This document shows, in pieces, positions 39,419-50,117 of a DNA stretch of 64,000 bases. The stretch is taken from assembly GCA_963676395.1 (NCBI GenBank), contig OY781066.1, forward strand, positions 1,216,001-1,280,000. Direction: 5' to 3'. The stretch is from a bacterium. GTDB lineage: Bacteria; Fidelibacterota; Fidelibacteria; Fidelibacterales; Fidelibacteraceae. Position numbers and translations under genes: made by a program. The notes beneath the pieces are model-generated. The model saw only the letters and a list, made by a program, of their open reading frames with translations. It did no database searches and was not told the DNA's origin. Every line of letters starts with the position of its first letter. Position 1 is the stretch's first letter.

Positions 39419-40096
39419 TTAAGCTGCACTAATGCCCAGCATGCGTTTTGCCTCTTGTACGGCTTGATTTGCATTTTTGGCATAACCTTCTGCACCAATT
39501 TCTTTTGCAAATGCCGGTGTTACGGGAGCACCGCCGATGAAAACTTTGTTGGTTAGATTGTTTACTCGTAGCAGATCAATAACTCCCTTCATGTTTTTCA
39601 TGGTAACGGTTAAAAGTGCGCTCATCCCAATGATTGCATTGGGATTATTCTTGGCTGCTTGTAGAAATTTTGCTGCCGGCACATTAATTCCAAGATCTTC
39701 TATCTCGAAACCCGCGCCTTCCAACATCATGCAAACCAGATTTTTACCGATATCATGCAAATCTCCTTGAACGGTTCCAACAATAACTTTTCCTAAGATC
39801 AGATCAGAATCTTCCATGAGTTGTGGTTTGATCAACTCAAGTCCGGACTTCATAGCTTTAGCAGAAAATAACATTTCAGGTACAAAGATCTCGTTATTTT
39901 CATAGCGTTGTCCTACGATGCTCATGGCTTCTATTAAACTTTTACTTAGAATATCTTCGACCGAAATATTGTTTTGTAGCGCTTGCTCGGTTATTTCTTT
40001 TACACCCGGTTGACCTTCCATGTCCTTTGGAAATTTCGAGGTTGCGTCGATATGACCCTTGACCACGCATTCTTTGATGGATTCAAGAATGTTCAT
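39419..40096 (-). CDS. Corrinoid (B12-binding) protein of a methyltransferase system
   Basis: Cap domain FVPEML, GTVQGDLHDIGKNLV (DxHxxG), MSALLT and IGGAP. Confidence 0.93.
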   Translation of the reverse strand: MNILESIKECVVKGHIDATSKFPKDMEGQPGVKEITEQALQNNISVEDILSKSLIEAMSIVGQRYENNEIFVPEMLFSAKAMKSGLELIKPQLMEDSDLILGKVIVGTVQGDLHDIGKNLVCMMLEGAGFEIEDLGINVPAAKFLQAAKNNPNAIIGMSALLTVTMKNMKGVIDLLRVNNLTNKVFIGGAPVTPAFAKEIGAEGYAKNANQAVQEAKRMLGISAA

Positions 40097-40402
40097 AATT
40101 TCTCCTTAGTCGTTCTGCATGTAAATTTATTGTTTGTATGTATAAGTATCAACGAAAAAGGGTTGAAAAAACGAGTTAATCCAATATGATTTTTAAAGTG
40201 CATTTACCTGTGAATTTATCTATCTTTGCGTCGTTGAAAATAATTGACATAAATTAAAAAAATAAAACAATAAACAAATGTATATTAGAATATTGGGAAT
40301 CAAAAACATAACTCTTTAGCTTTACCGAAAATCAATTCAACAAATTGTTAATGATAACTTATCTGAGTTTAAAACACTACCACGCTGTTATTGGAGACTA
40401 AA

Positions 40403-41614
40403 TTGACGTACACAACTGATGAAATTAATAAAACCGTAAACACCAATCCCAAAGATAAACAAGCTTTACTAAACAGTATATTGAATATCGTGTTGCAAAA
40501 AAAAGTTCTACTGTTAGTTGGTTTTGTGTTGATTTTGGTTTCTTGTGAGCTGATTCCGTATTCGGAAAAAGCTGTTCAAGCATATGATGGATCTTTGAAT
40601 TGGGAGTGTATTCAGGAAGATGCCGGGTTTTCAAATCGTATTGATTTGGCTGCCACTTCATTTAATGGTGCGCTTTGGGTGTCGGGGGGATATGATATCA
40701 GTCAATTTTCCAAAGATCCATATATGGAAGATCTTTGGACAAGCTCTGATGGTATAAATTGGACTTGTGTAAGTGACAATGCACCTTGGAAAGGTCGGCG
40801 GGGGCATGAAATGTTAGTCTTTAATGGTGCCATGTATATCATGGGTGGCTTTACTGTTGATGAGAAAACAGGATATAGAGAATATCGAAATGATATATGG
40901 AAGACCACGAATGGAACCGATTGGGAAGAGTTGTGTGATTCAGCCGAATGGGCACCACGCTTTCAGCATAGTATTGTGGAGGCCGATTTGGGAGATGGAA
41001 GTTTTCTTTACTTAATTGGCGGTGCGGGAATGCAGGATAATGTCAGCGGGCGATATGCTATGAAATATTACAATGATGTATGGAAGTCCGAAGATGGAGT
41101 AACATGGACTGAGATAATTACTTCGGAGGACTTTGGAATGCGTTCCGATGCGGGAGTTGCTTATGATAATAATACCGGTAGATTAATTGTTTATGGTGGT
41201 TTGCACTCGGCCGGTTTTGATGATTCGGCAGATGGGGTGTACAATAATCATCCTACAGAGTTTTGGGAATCTGTATGGTATACCGAAGATGGAAAAATTT
41301 GGAATCATCAGGAAGTGGATATTTCTTGTTTTAGGGCTTCAGAGAAAATCGTTTCGTACGATGGTGATCTTTGGCTTATGCCCGGACGGCGCTCTGAAAT
41401 AGATGATATAGATTATGCTAATAATAGCAAATATTATGGTACATGTATTTATGAAGCAATCGATACAAGCGCATGGGTCTGGGATTCCGAAGGATCAGGA
41501 GTTGGTGCTCGTTTTGGTTATGCTGCTACGGTTTTTAATAATAGGATATGGATTATTGGTGGGCAAACTTCCGATGAAGGACCCGATAACGATATTTGGA
41601 CAGCTTTCAGATAA
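40403..41614 (+). CDS. Kelch/BNR-repeat beta-propeller lipoprotein
   Basis: Lipobox LVSC and repeated GG...NDVW-x-S-x-DG-x-x-W. Start is uncertain: TTG 40403 after GGAG, or GTG near 40490. Confidence 0.75.
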   Translation: MTYTTDEINKTVNTNPKDKQALLNSILNIVLQKKVLLLVGFVLILVSCELIPYSEKAVQAYDGSLNWECIQEDAGFSNRIDLAATSFNGALWVSGGYDISQFSKDPYMEDLWTSSDGINWTCVSDNAPWKGRRGHEMLVFNGAMYIMGGFTVDEKTGYREYRNDIWKTTNGTDWEELCDSAEWAPRFQHSIVEADLGDGSFLYLIGGAGMQDNVSGRYAMKYYNDVWKSEDGVTWTEIITSEDFGMRSDAGVAYDNNTGRLIVYGGLHSAGFDDSADGVYNNHPTEFWESVWYTEDGKIWNHQEVDISCFRASEKIVSYDGDLWLMPGRRSEIDDIDYANNSKYYGTCIYEAIDTSAWVWDSEGSGVGARFGYAATVFNNRIWIIGGQTSDEGPDNDIWTAFR

Positions 41615-41634
41615 TAAAGCAAACAGGAATAAAA

Positions 41635-42603
41635 ATGAAAAAAATTATTACAATAATATTAGGCGCTGTGCTTCCATTTGTTGTTTTGGCTGCGATTACT
41701 TCATATTCAATACCACTGAAAGAAAATTGGATTTTTACACCCTATAGTTCTGATCATTTGTATCCGACATATTTGGCAGATCCTTTAGGAGTTCGTTTCG
41801 AGGCTTCATATCGTACTGTCACTTATTCTGATATTGATTTTTCTGATGAGATAAATGAAAACGGTTCTTATGAAAACCGATTTGACATTTATCCTGGTGT
41901 TCGTTTATCATTGTTTCGTTTAATGAATACTGAAACCGGCATGGGGTTTGAAACCGAAATTGGACTTATGACTCCGGTTTATATGCGTGGTTCAAATTTT
42001 GATCTTATTGGAATGGATGGTATTTATTATTTAAGATTTAATGCACAAATAAATTCATGGCTACACTTAAATCTTTCAAAACACCATATCTGTACACATG
42101 TGGGTGATGAGTTCACATCGGGAAGAGTAGATTCACCAACCGATATAGATCCTTCATTAATGACTCTGCCCGTTTTAGATGATTTTCGATTTGCTACATC
42201 CTTACGACCTTTGAATTTTCTTGAAGATTGGGGCCTTGATATTCTTACTTGTTATGCAGAAGTTGGATGGTTTATGCCGGGTTCGGATTTTTTAGGCGGT
42301 CGATCAAATTATCCTGATGTGCAATGTAATTTAAATTTTCTTTATGGTGCTCAGCTTGAGTATGATTTACCCTCATGGGGTAAACACATCGGTAGTTTAT
42401 TTGCAGCCGTGAATATCAGCACTTATCAACAAAATGCTTATGCAAAAAATTTATCTATCATGGCCGGTTGGATTATTCCTCAAAACAAACCCGGTAAAAG
42501 ATTAAGATTTGCCTATCAATACTACAATGGACGAAATTTAATGAATCAATATTATGACCGAAAAGAGAAATTTAATTCTTTCTGTATCTCAATGGATCTA
42601 TAA
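41635..42603 (+). CDS. DUF1207-like outer-membrane protein
   Basis: Signal peptide from MKKII, plus YLADP, H-x-x-x-H-x-GDE and YYNG-x4-QYY, which recall DUF1207. Confidence 0.65.
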   Translation: MKKIITIILGAVLPFVVLAAITSYSIPLKENWIFTPYSSDHLYPTYLADPLGVRFEASYRTVTYSDIDFSDEINENGSYENRFDIYPGVRLSLFRLMNTETGMGFETEIGLMTPVYMRGSNFDLIGMDGIYYLRFNAQINSWLHLNLSKHHICTHVGDEFTSGRVDSPTDIDPSLMTLPVLDDFRFATSLRPLNFLEDWGLDILTCYAEVGWFMPGSDFLGGRSNYPDVQCNLNFLYGAQLEYDLPSWGKHIGSLFAAVNISTYQQNAYAKNLSIMAGWIIPQNKPGKRLRFAYQYYNGRNLMNQYYDRKEKFNSFCISMDL

Positions 42604-42703
42604 TAAGATTGTAATATCAGATAACGTTAAATAAAAATATTTCAATCAAGCTTATGTTTTTATAACTTTTGTGTGAATAAACAATGATTTAAAGGAGTAA
42701 TAA

Positions 42704-44206
42704 ATGAAACGATTAAAAGATTTACTATCAGATATAAAGAAACTTGAATCAGCGGCTTCTGTTTTGCATTGGGATCAAGAGACCTATATGCCTGAAGGCG
42801 GTGGTGCTTTTCGTGCAGAGGTTTTGGCTTATATGAGCTTGATGCATCATCAAATGGCGACAGGTCAAAAACTAAAGGATGAACTTTCACGTCACATTAA
42901 TCTTGAAACGGGAGAGATCGTAAATATTACACTCAGCGAGGAAGAAAAACGCTTAGTATATCTTCTTTGGAAAGATTTAAATAAACTGTCTGTTTTACCT
43001 GAAGAGTTTGTTGAAGAAATGTCTAAGCATACTTCTGCCACTCAGCAAGCATGGTTTAAGGCAAAGCAAGCGAATGACTATTCGGCATACGCACCATTTT
43101 TAGAAAAAATGATCAAGCTTAAAAAACAAGAAGCAGAATATTTAGGATATAAAGATAAACCCTATGATGCTCTTTTGGATAATTTTGAACCAGGTATGAC
43201 AACGGAAAAAGTTGGGAAACTATTTAGTGATCTTAAGCCAAGACTTGTGGCACTTGTTGAAAAAATTCGTGCTGCAGAACAGGTGGACGACAGTCTATTA
43301 CAGCAATCATTTGATACTGATAGCCAATGGAAATTTGGCATGAAAGTTGCCGAAAGAATGGGGTTGGATATGAGACATGCCCGTCAGGATGTTTCGGCCC
43401 ACCCGTTTACTATTGGTTTTCATCCCGAAGATGTTCGTATTACAACGCGTTTGAATGATAAAATGCTTTTGTCTGGATTATTTTCAACAATTCATGAAAG
43501 TGGTCATGCAATTTATGAACAGGGATTGAATAAAGAAGAATTTGGCACACCTTTGGGTGAAGCTGCTTCTTTTGGTATCCATGAAAGTCAATCACGACTT
43601 TGGGAAAATCAAGTTGGTCGATCAAAGGAATTTTGGACTTATGAATTACCAATCCTAAAAGAACACTTTGCACAATTGAAAGAAGTAAAATTGGATGATT
43701 GGTATCGTATGGTGAATACCGTAAGACCTTCATTGGTCCGTATTGAATCGGATGAAGTATATTACTCGTTGCATATTATGCTTCGCTTTGATATGGAAAA
43801 TATGATTATTAACGGTGATGTTGATGTAAATGATATTCCCAAGCTATGGAATGAAAAAATGAAAGAGTACTTTGGTATCGTTCCGGAAACAGATTCCGAA
43901 GGTGTTATGCAGGATGTTCATTGGTCCTTTGGTGGGTTTGGATATTTTCCATCTTATGCTATGGGTAATCTTTACGGAGCTCAGATCCTTGAACAGGCAG
44001 ATAAAGAGATCCCCGGACTTTGGGAAAAGATCAGAGAAGGTGAATTTTTAGCATTGAAAGAATGGTTGAATGAAAAGGTTCATAAACATGGACGATTCTT
44101 TGATCCCGAAGAGTTGATTCAGGCTATCTCTGGAGAGGTCTTAAGTTCTGATCCTTTTATGAATTATTTGGAAAAGAAGTATACGGAGATCTATAACTTA
44201 AAATAA
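42704..44206 (+). CDS. Carboxypeptidase M32 (Taq family)
   Basis: WDQETYMP, HPF, DVRITT, HESGH, HESQSRLWEN, QDVHW and GYFPSY. Confidence 0.97.
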   Translation: MKRLKDLLSDIKKLESAASVLHWDQETYMPEGGGAFRAEVLAYMSLMHHQMATGQKLKDELSRHINLETGEIVNITLSEEEKRLVYLLWKDLNKLSVLPEEFVEEMSKHTSATQQAWFKAKQANDYSAYAPFLEKMIKLKKQEAEYLGYKDKPYDALLDNFEPGMTTEKVGKLFSDLKPRLVALVEKIRAAEQVDDSLLQQSFDTDSQWKFGMKVAERMGLDMRHARQDVSAHPFTIGFHPEDVRITTRLNDKMLLSGLFSTIHESGHAIYEQGLNKEEFGTPLGEAASFGIHESQSRLWENQVGRSKEFWTYELPILKEHFAQLKEVKLDDWYRMVNTVRPSLVRIESDEVYYSLHIMLRFDMENMIINGDVDVNDIPKLWNEKMKEYFGIVPETDSEGVMQDVHWSFGGFGYFPSYAMGNLYGAQILEQADKEIPGLWEKIREGEFLALKEWLNEKVHKHGRFFDPEELIQAISGEVLSSDPFMNYLEKKYTEIYNLK

Positions 44207-44233
44207 ACTACAGGCTTTCAATATAATATCAAT

Positions 44234-44266
44234 AAAGGCTCCGAGTTTTCTTGGAGTCTTTTTTTT
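44234..44266 (+). terminator. Intrinsic terminator
   Basis: AAAGGCTCCGAG-TTTT-CTTGGAGTCTTT followed by a T-run. Confidence 0.75.
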
Positions 44267-44390
44267 AGATTGAATTCTCTGTTGGGGTTGAGAGAGATTT
44301 AGTTTTGGGATTTGTTTATTGATAAACCGAAATAAATTGCAGTATAGATTTATTAGAATGATGCCATCATCAATATTCAATGGTTCTTCG

Positions 44391-45140
44391 TTAATTATCA
44401 GTAATTTTTGAAGAATCACTCAACAAGTTGTTCAAGTCATTCAGCTCTTTCTCGCTCAAATGACGCCATTGACCCAAAGGTATATCCAAATGGATATTCA
44501 TAATGCGATATCGTTCAAGTTTTGTTACGCGGTAACCCAGATATTCGCACATGCGGCGGATCTGCCTATTTAGTCCCTGTGTAAGGATGATTTTAAAACG
44601 AAATTTGTCCACTTGCTCAACATAGCATTCGCGGGTGATTGTATCAAGTATGGGAATACCGGATGACATTTTATTAACAAAGTCCTGAGTAATCGCCGGT
44701 TTTACGGTGACTAAATATTCTTTTTCGTGATTATTGCGGGCTCGGAGTATTTTGTTAACGATGTCACCATCATTCGTTAATAGTATTAATCCGGTGCTGT
44801 CTTTGTCAAGTCGACCAATTGGGAAAATGCGCTCGGGATAATTGACAAAATCAACGATATTATTTTTTTCCCTGCGGGTATCTGTGGTGCAGACAATACC
44901 CTTAGGTTTATTTAATGCAATATAAATACGCTTTTCATTTTGGCGGTTGAGCGGTTTTCCATCGACTAAAACGACATCCTTATCTCCAATTTTGTCACCC
45001 ATTACCGCAATTCTATCATTTATACTGATGCGTTTTTGTTCAACCAGTTTATCTGCTTCACGGCGAGAACAATAGCCGATTTCACTTAGGAATTTATTGA
45101 TGCGAGTGGGTGTGTTTTGCATAAATTTTATGAATATCAC
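44391..45140 (-). CDS. rluF: 23S rRNA pseudouridine synthase F (RsuA family)
   Basis: S4 domain (RINKFLSE-x-GYCSRREAD), LNKP-x-GIVCTT, GRLDKDS and QGLNRQIRRMC. Start is probably ATG 45122. Confidence 0.9.
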   Translation of the reverse strand: MIFIKFMQNTPTRINKFLSEIGYCSRREADKLVEQKRISINDRIAVMGDKIGDKDVVLVDGKPLNRQNEKRIYIALNKPKGIVCTTDTRREKNNIVDFVNYPERIFPIGRLDKDSTGLILLTNDGDIVNKILRARNNHEKEYLVTVKPAITQDFVNKMSSGIPILDTITRECYVEQVDKFRFKIILTQGLNRQIRRMCEYLGYRVTKLERYRIMNIHLDIPLGQWRHLSEKELNDLNNLLSDSSKITDN

Positions 45141-45179
45141 TAGTCTTGGATTTAAACTCCAGGTTATTGATATAGACGT

Positions 45180-45833
45180 CTATTTATCAATTATTTCTAA
45201 TAATTCTTCAGCATGATGCACACCTTGGTCAGCACTCATTTTAACCCATTTACGAGCCGTTTCGATATCGTTATCGTTATTGGCGGTTTCATATAATAGC
45301 TTTCCGAGTAAAAATTGTGGGTAGGGGTGATTACCATTGTTTACACTTTTCTTAAGCCAGGCTATGGCTTGAGAGGTATCTACTTCAACACCTCTGCCTG
45401 TAGAATAGATTTTTCCAAGCATATATTGTGATTGAGAATATTGTTTTTTTCCTGCGCGGATAAACCATTCTCTTGCAACATCCAAATCCCGTTTGGCACC
45501 TCTGCCTGAATAATAGATCATACCCATTTTATTCATGGCAGGTGGATAATTATTGTCGGCAGAACGTTTATACCAATCAAGGGCTTTTTCCATGTCCTTT
45601 TCAAGACCAATGCCATGCTGAGTGTAATATCCCAAATAGTATTTTGCTTCAGCATTACCGGCTTCAGCTGCCAGCTTAAAGCTGTCGATAGCTTTTGCCG
45701 TGTCTGGAACAGTGAGACTGTCGCCTTGCATAAATAGCTTAGCCTGATCCAATAATTTTTGTGTGGGATCTTCTTTTAAACAACCTGTTAGAATGATAAA
45801 AATGGATAAAATGATAAGGGGGGTATGTTTCAT
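45180..45833 (-). CDS. Sel1-repeat lipoprotein
   Basis: Lipobox LTGC and repeated A-x-x-x-LG-x-x-Y-x-x-G-x-G...A-x-x-W. Confidence 0.88.
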   Translation of the reverse strand: MKHTPLIILSIFIILTGCLKEDPTQKLLDQAKLFMQGDSLTVPDTAKAIDSFKLAAEAGNAEAKYYLGYYTQHGIGLEKDMEKALDWYKRSADNNYPPAMNKMGMIYYSGRGAKRDLDVAREWFIRAGKKQYSQSQYMLGKIYSTGRGVEVDTSQAIAWLKKSVNNGNHPYPQFLLGKLLYETANNDNDIETARKWVKMSADQGVHHAEELLEIIDK

Positions 45834-46001
45834 GTTTCAACTCATAGTTTTTGTTTTATATCAATAATCTCGGGTGATGTTATCCCAAGAGTCGTCAGGG
45901 GATATCCCCAATACGAGGTGTCAATATATATATGCTTGAGTTAAAATACAAGACTTCCCGACTGTGAGTGCTAAGATGTAGTGGTTTTCGGACGATTAAA
46001 A

Positions 46002-47489
46002 TTATTCGCTTGCTTGTGTTTGTTTAATGGCTTGCAACCAACCACTATAGAATTTGCTTCGCGTTCGTTCACTCATTTCGGGGTCAAAACAAACGATTTC
46101 ATGTTTGCTACGCTGAAAATCTTTATAACGCCAAAATCCACAAGCTAAACCCGCCAACATAGCTGCGCCAAGAGCGGTAGATTCTAATTGATGTGCCCGG
46201 CAAACGGAACAATTAAGAATATCTGCTTGAAATTGCATAAGAAGGTTGTTTGCGGTTGCACCTCCATCGACATTTAATGCTTTGAGTTTAACACCTGAAT
46301 CTCTTTCCATTGCATTTAATACATCTTTACTTTGATATGCAATAGATTCTAGCGTTGCGCGAATAATGTGATTTGCCGTTGAACCTTGAGTTAGGCCGCT
46401 AAGTGTTCCTCGTACATTTCCTTGCCAATAGGGTGCCCCCAATCCACTAAATGCCGGGACAAAATATACACCTTCGTTATTGTTTATTTGAGCTGCAGCT
46501 GCTTCTGAATCCGCAGCCGTTTTAATTAGCTTTAGATTATCTCTTAACCATTGGATGGCTGCACCGGCAATAAAGACGGATCCTTCCAAAGCATAGTTTA
46601 CCTTTCCGTCAATTGACCATGCTATCGTTGTTAATAGTCCGTTTTGAGACTTTACCGCTTTCGTACCGGTATTCATAAGCATAAAACAACCGGTGCCATA
46701 GGTGTTTTTTGCCGTTCCCGGTTTAAAACAGCACTGGCCAAATAGGGCGGCTTGTTGGTCTCCGGCAATTCCGCAAATGGGTACTTTAATGCCGTTGAAA
46801 TAATCTGGATGCGTGTATCCATAGAATTCAGATGACTCTTTTACTTCCGGTAACATGCTTTCGGGAATACCGAAAAGATCAAGTAATTCCTTATCCCAAC
46901 TAAGATCATGAATATTAAATAGCATGGTTCTTGAGGCGTTACTTACATCGGTAATGTGTAATTCCCCTTTTGTCAATTTCCATATAACCCAAGTATCTAC
47001 GGTTCCAAAGAGTAAATCTCCGTTTTTCGCTTTTTCCTTTGCTTTGTATACATTATCTAAGATCCACTTAATTTTGGAAGCCGAAAAATAGGCATCTAAG
47101 ATCAGACCGCTTTTGTCTTGGATGAGTTTGTCATATCCACGTGTTTTAAGTTGATCGCATTCATTTGCTGTGCGCTTATCTTGCCAAACAATAGCCGGGT
47201 AAATTGGTTCGCCCGTATGTTTGTCCCAAACGATTGTGGTTTCACGTTGATTGGTAATGCCAATCGCAGCTAATTCTCCAGAAGAGATATTTAATTTATT
47301 CAGCACATTTTGGGTTGCTTCTAGCTGAGTGTTCCAAATATCCATTGGATCTTGTTCAACTCTATCTGGTTTTGGATAGAATTGAGGGAATTCTTTTTGT
47401 TCCATTCCAAGAATATTGAAATCATGGTCAAAAATAATAGCACGCTCGCTGGATGTACCCAGATCAAGTGTCAAGATATATGAAGACAT
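46002..47489 (-). CDS. glpK: Glycerol kinase
   Basis: [12 protein letters not shown]-x-[34 protein letters not shown] and VDGG. Confidence 0.96.
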   Translation of the reverse strand: MSSYILTLDLGTSSERAIIFDHDFNILGMEQKEFPQFYPKPDRVEQDPMDIWNTQLEATQNVLNKLNISSGELAAIGITNQRETTIVWDKHTGEPIYPAIVWQDKRTANECDQLKTRGYDKLIQDKSGLILDAYFSASKIKWILDNVYKAKEKAKNGDLLFGTVDTWVIWKLTKGELHITDVSNASRTMLFNIHDLSWDKELLDLFGIPESMLPEVKESSEFYGYTHPDYFNGIKVPICGIAGDQQAALFGQCCFKPGTAKNTYGTGCFMLMNTGTKAVKSQNGLLTTIAWSIDGKVNYALEGSVFIAGAAIQWLRDNLKLIKTAADSEAAAAQINNNEGVYFVPAFSGLGAPYWQGNVRGTLSGLTQGSTANHIIRATLESIAYQSKDVLNAMERDSGVKLKALNVDGGATANNLLMQFQADILNCSVCRAHQLESTALGAAMLAGLACGFWRYKDFQRSKHEIVCFDPEMSERTRSKFYSGWLQAIKQTQASE

Positions 47490-47524
47490 GAATATCTCCT
47501 CTCTTTATTCATAATCTTTAGTCT

Positions 47525-48439
47525 TTAAATACGAAATTTGATCCACTCCAATATATCGTTGTATACTACCTGCTTGTTCGTTTCATTCAGGATCTCGTGA
47601 CGAGCACCATGATAGATGCTTAATTCTACATCTTCAATATGCCAATGTCTGTAAGTGTTTGCAACTTTTCTGGGACCTTCACCATTTGCGCCGACAGGAT
47701 CTTGAGAACCGGCGATTACATAAATAGGTAAGGTAAAGCGAATGTGCTCGTTGTTTTTGTATTTCGAGATATATCCCAAGCCGAAGAAAAGGTCTCTAAA
47801 AAATCTTAGAGAACAAATGAAACCGCAAAATGGATCATCGACATATTTTTTAACTTGATCTTTATCGCGTGAAAGCCATGACATTGGACCTTCATTTTTA
47901 AAAGGTTTGTTAAATGAACCAAAGCTCATATTGTCGAAGAATTTTGAAGGCGCTTTGCCGTTTTTAAATAAACTATTTACAAAGGATAGGAATTTTCCTG
48001 CGCCGATAACAGCCGGAGGATTTGCCGCGGTACCCGAAAGGATCACACCGTTGATATCATCGTATTTGGTAATATAGGTTCTGGCAAGAAAAGAGCCCAT
48101 GCTGTGTCCAAGAAGGAAAACAGGTGTCTTTTGATGTTCTTTGTTTATAAGTTCTGTAAAAGTGCGCATATCATCTACGACTTTCATCCAGCCGTTTTTT
48201 TTAGCAAAATAACCGGTATTCTCAAGAGAACCTGCGGTTTTTCCATGACCACGATGATCGTTGGCATAAACCGCGATCTTTTGTTTGTTCATAAAGTTTG
48301 CAAAATCATCGTAGCGATCTGCAAATTCTGCCATGCCGTGCGCAATTTGTAATATTGCAACCGGTTTTTCTTCGGGTAGCCAAGCGTGATAGCTGATGGC
48401 AATACCATCTCGTGAGGTAAACTGATTAGTCTTTTTCAT
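47525..48439 (-). CDS. Alpha/beta hydrolase (lysophospholipase/monoacylglycerol lipase family)
   Basis: HGMAE, DHRGHG, GHSMG, DPV and RHEILNE. Start at MKKTN (48439). Confidence 0.9.
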   Translation of the reverse strand: MKKTNQFTSRDGIAISYHAWLPEEKPVAILQIAHGMAEFADRYDDFANFMNKQKIAVYANDHRGHGKTAGSLENTGYFAKKNGWMKVVDDMRTFTELINKEHQKTPVFLLGHSMGSFLARTYITKYDDINGVILSGTAANPPAVIGAGKFLSFVNSLFKNGKAPSKFFDNMSFGSFNKPFKNEGPMSWLSRDKDQVKKYVDDPFCGFICSLRFFRDLFFGLGYISKYKNNEHIRFTLPIYVIAGSQDPVGANGEGPRKVANTYRHWHIEDVELSIYHGARHEILNETNKQVVYNDILEWIKFRI

Positions 48440-48542
48440 GAAATTCCAATTTTTTACATAAGAAAAATAGCAATTATAATTGGTCATATCAAGATGTAAA
48501 TCGTTAGATGAAGTAGGTAAAGTGAATAGGATCCCATACGAA

Positions 48543-48570
48543 ATAAAGGCTCAACATGTTGAGCCTTTAT
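48543..48570 (-). terminator. Terminator-like perfect palindrome downstream of metK
   Basis: ATAAAGGCTCAAC-AT-GTTGAGCCTTTAT. Confidence 0.7.
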
Positions 48571-48583
48571 AGTTTGTTTGATT

Positions 48584-48611
48584 GTCGAGAACAGACATGT
48601 CTGTTTCCGAC
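48584..48611. repeat. REP-like palindrome
   Basis: GTCGAGAACAGACATGTCTGTTTCCGAC has the same 28-nt architecture as the copy at 23020. Confidence 0.5.
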
Positions 48612-48634
48612 GGTATAATAATCGCAAGTAATGT

Positions 48635-49765
48635 TTACAGATATTTTTTTAGACTATCAACCTTATCTGTTTTTTCCCAGCTAAACTCATTGCGTCCAAA
48701 ATGACCATAAGCGGCTGTAGCTTGGTATATCGGTTTTCTCAGTTCCAGATGTTTGATAATATCTCGGGGAGTCAATGGAAATTCCTGGCGAATAATTTTG
48801 GCAAGTTCATCGTTCCCCAATTTTCCCGTGCCAAAGGTATCAATAAATAGAGATACCGGTTCGGCTTTTCCAATGGCATAGGCAAGCTGAACCTCCGCAC
48901 GCTCGCAAATTTCAGCAGCGACAAGATTTTTAGCAATATATCGCGCCATGTATGCTGCAGAGCGATCAACTTTAGTTGAATCTTTTCCAGAGAAAGCACC
49001 ACCGCCGTGACGGCCGAAACCGCCATAGGTGTCAACGATGATCTTTCGACCGGTAAGACCGGCGTCGGCAACGGGACCACCTTCGGTAAAAGCACCGGTT
49101 GGGTTAATATGGATCTTTGTATTGGCATCTATCATATCACCACAAACCGGTTGTATAACATGTTTTATGATGTCGGCATGTAAAATATCTTGCGTTACGG
49201 ACTTCTTGTGATGATTTGAAATAACGATCGCTTCGAGACGTACTGGTTTATTGTCAGCGTATTCTACCGTGACCTGTGATTTTCCGTCGGGAAACAGGTA
49301 ATTAAGCGTACCCTCTTTACGAACATCGGCTAATTTTCTACTGAGTTTATGAGCCAATGAGATAGGCAGTGGCATGAACTCCTTCGTTTCGTTACAGGCA
49401 TAGCCGAACATCATCCCTTGATCGCCGGCACCTTCGCGATTGACACCCATGCTGATATCGGGAGATTGTTCGGAGATAGATGTCAACACACCGCAATTGT
49501 TGCCGTTAAAGCCGACTTCACCATTATCATATCCAATAGAGGTAAGAGTTTGGCGGGCTATTTGTGGCACGTTAACATATTCGGCTTTGGTTGTCAGCTC
49601 ACCACCAACGATAACATAACCCGTTTTTATAAAACATTCGATTGCAACACGTGCTTCGGGATCTAAGGTTAAAACCGCATCCAATACGGCATCTGAGATT
49701 TGATCACATACCTTATCGGGATGTCCCTCTGTCACTGATTCTGATGTAAAAAATACTTTTTCCAT
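48635..49765 (-). CDS. metK: S-adenosylmethionine synthetase
   Basis: [26 protein letters not shown] and [11 protein letters not shown]...GGGAFSGKD. Start at MEKVFF (49765) after GAGGA. Confidence 0.98.
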   Translation of the reverse strand: MEKVFFTSESVTEGHPDKVCDQISDAVLDAVLTLDPEARVAIECFIKTGYVIVGGELTTKAEYVNVPQIARQTLTSIGYDNGEVGFNGNNCGVLTSISEQSPDISMGVNREGAGDQGMMFGYACNETKEFMPLPISLAHKLSRKLADVRKEGTLNYLFPDGKSQVTVEYADNKPVRLEAIVISNHHKKSVTQDILHADIIKHVIQPVCGDMIDANTKIHINPTGAFTEGGPVADAGLTGRKIIVDTYGGFGRHGGGAFSGKDSTKVDRSAAYMARYIAKNLVAAEICERAEVQLAYAIGKAEPVSLFIDTFGTGKLGNDELAKIIRQEFPLTPRDIIKHLELRKPIYQATAAYGHFGRNEFSWEKTDKVDSLKKYL

Positions 49766-49828
49766 GTTTTTAATCCTCTTTGACGACGCCTTATATCGTT
49801 TATCATACATCTGAAAAGTTCTAAGGGG

Positions 49829-49920
49829 GAGAGTTCGTTCATTTTTGACCTCTGCGGCCCACATCACTTTGCCACCGTGGCGTTACTCGGTTGGCGTTCC
49901 ATTCAAGGAACTCTTGATGT
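49829..49920 (-). ncRNA. SAM-I/IV-variant riboswitch
   Basis: Minus strand ACAUCA-AGAG-[UUCC..GGAA]-C-GCCAACCG..CGGUGGC-AAAG-UGAUGU gives P1, a short P2 and P3 with the SAM-clan core. A 3' hairpin and a possible GAGU/ACUC pseudoknot follow. Lies directly upstream of metK. Confidence 0.85.
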
Positions 49921-50117
49921 AAGGCAAGAAGATAGTAGCTTTTATTGCCGAAGGCAATAAAAAAGAGACAAGGGGTTAAAAATCAAGAAACAATATATCA
50001 AAGCTCAAGGACTGAGAGAAAATAAAAGTTAATCTTCGGCTCCCCTTAAAGAAATAACACTAAGAAAAAAATCTCGGGTTAAAGCCAAAGACTTTTGGTA
50101 TTTGTATTAATAATGAT

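Noticed and set aside
40097..40390. Cobalamin riboswitch expected upstream of the corrinoid gene
   Set aside because: AT-rich with no GGGAA/B12-box elements.
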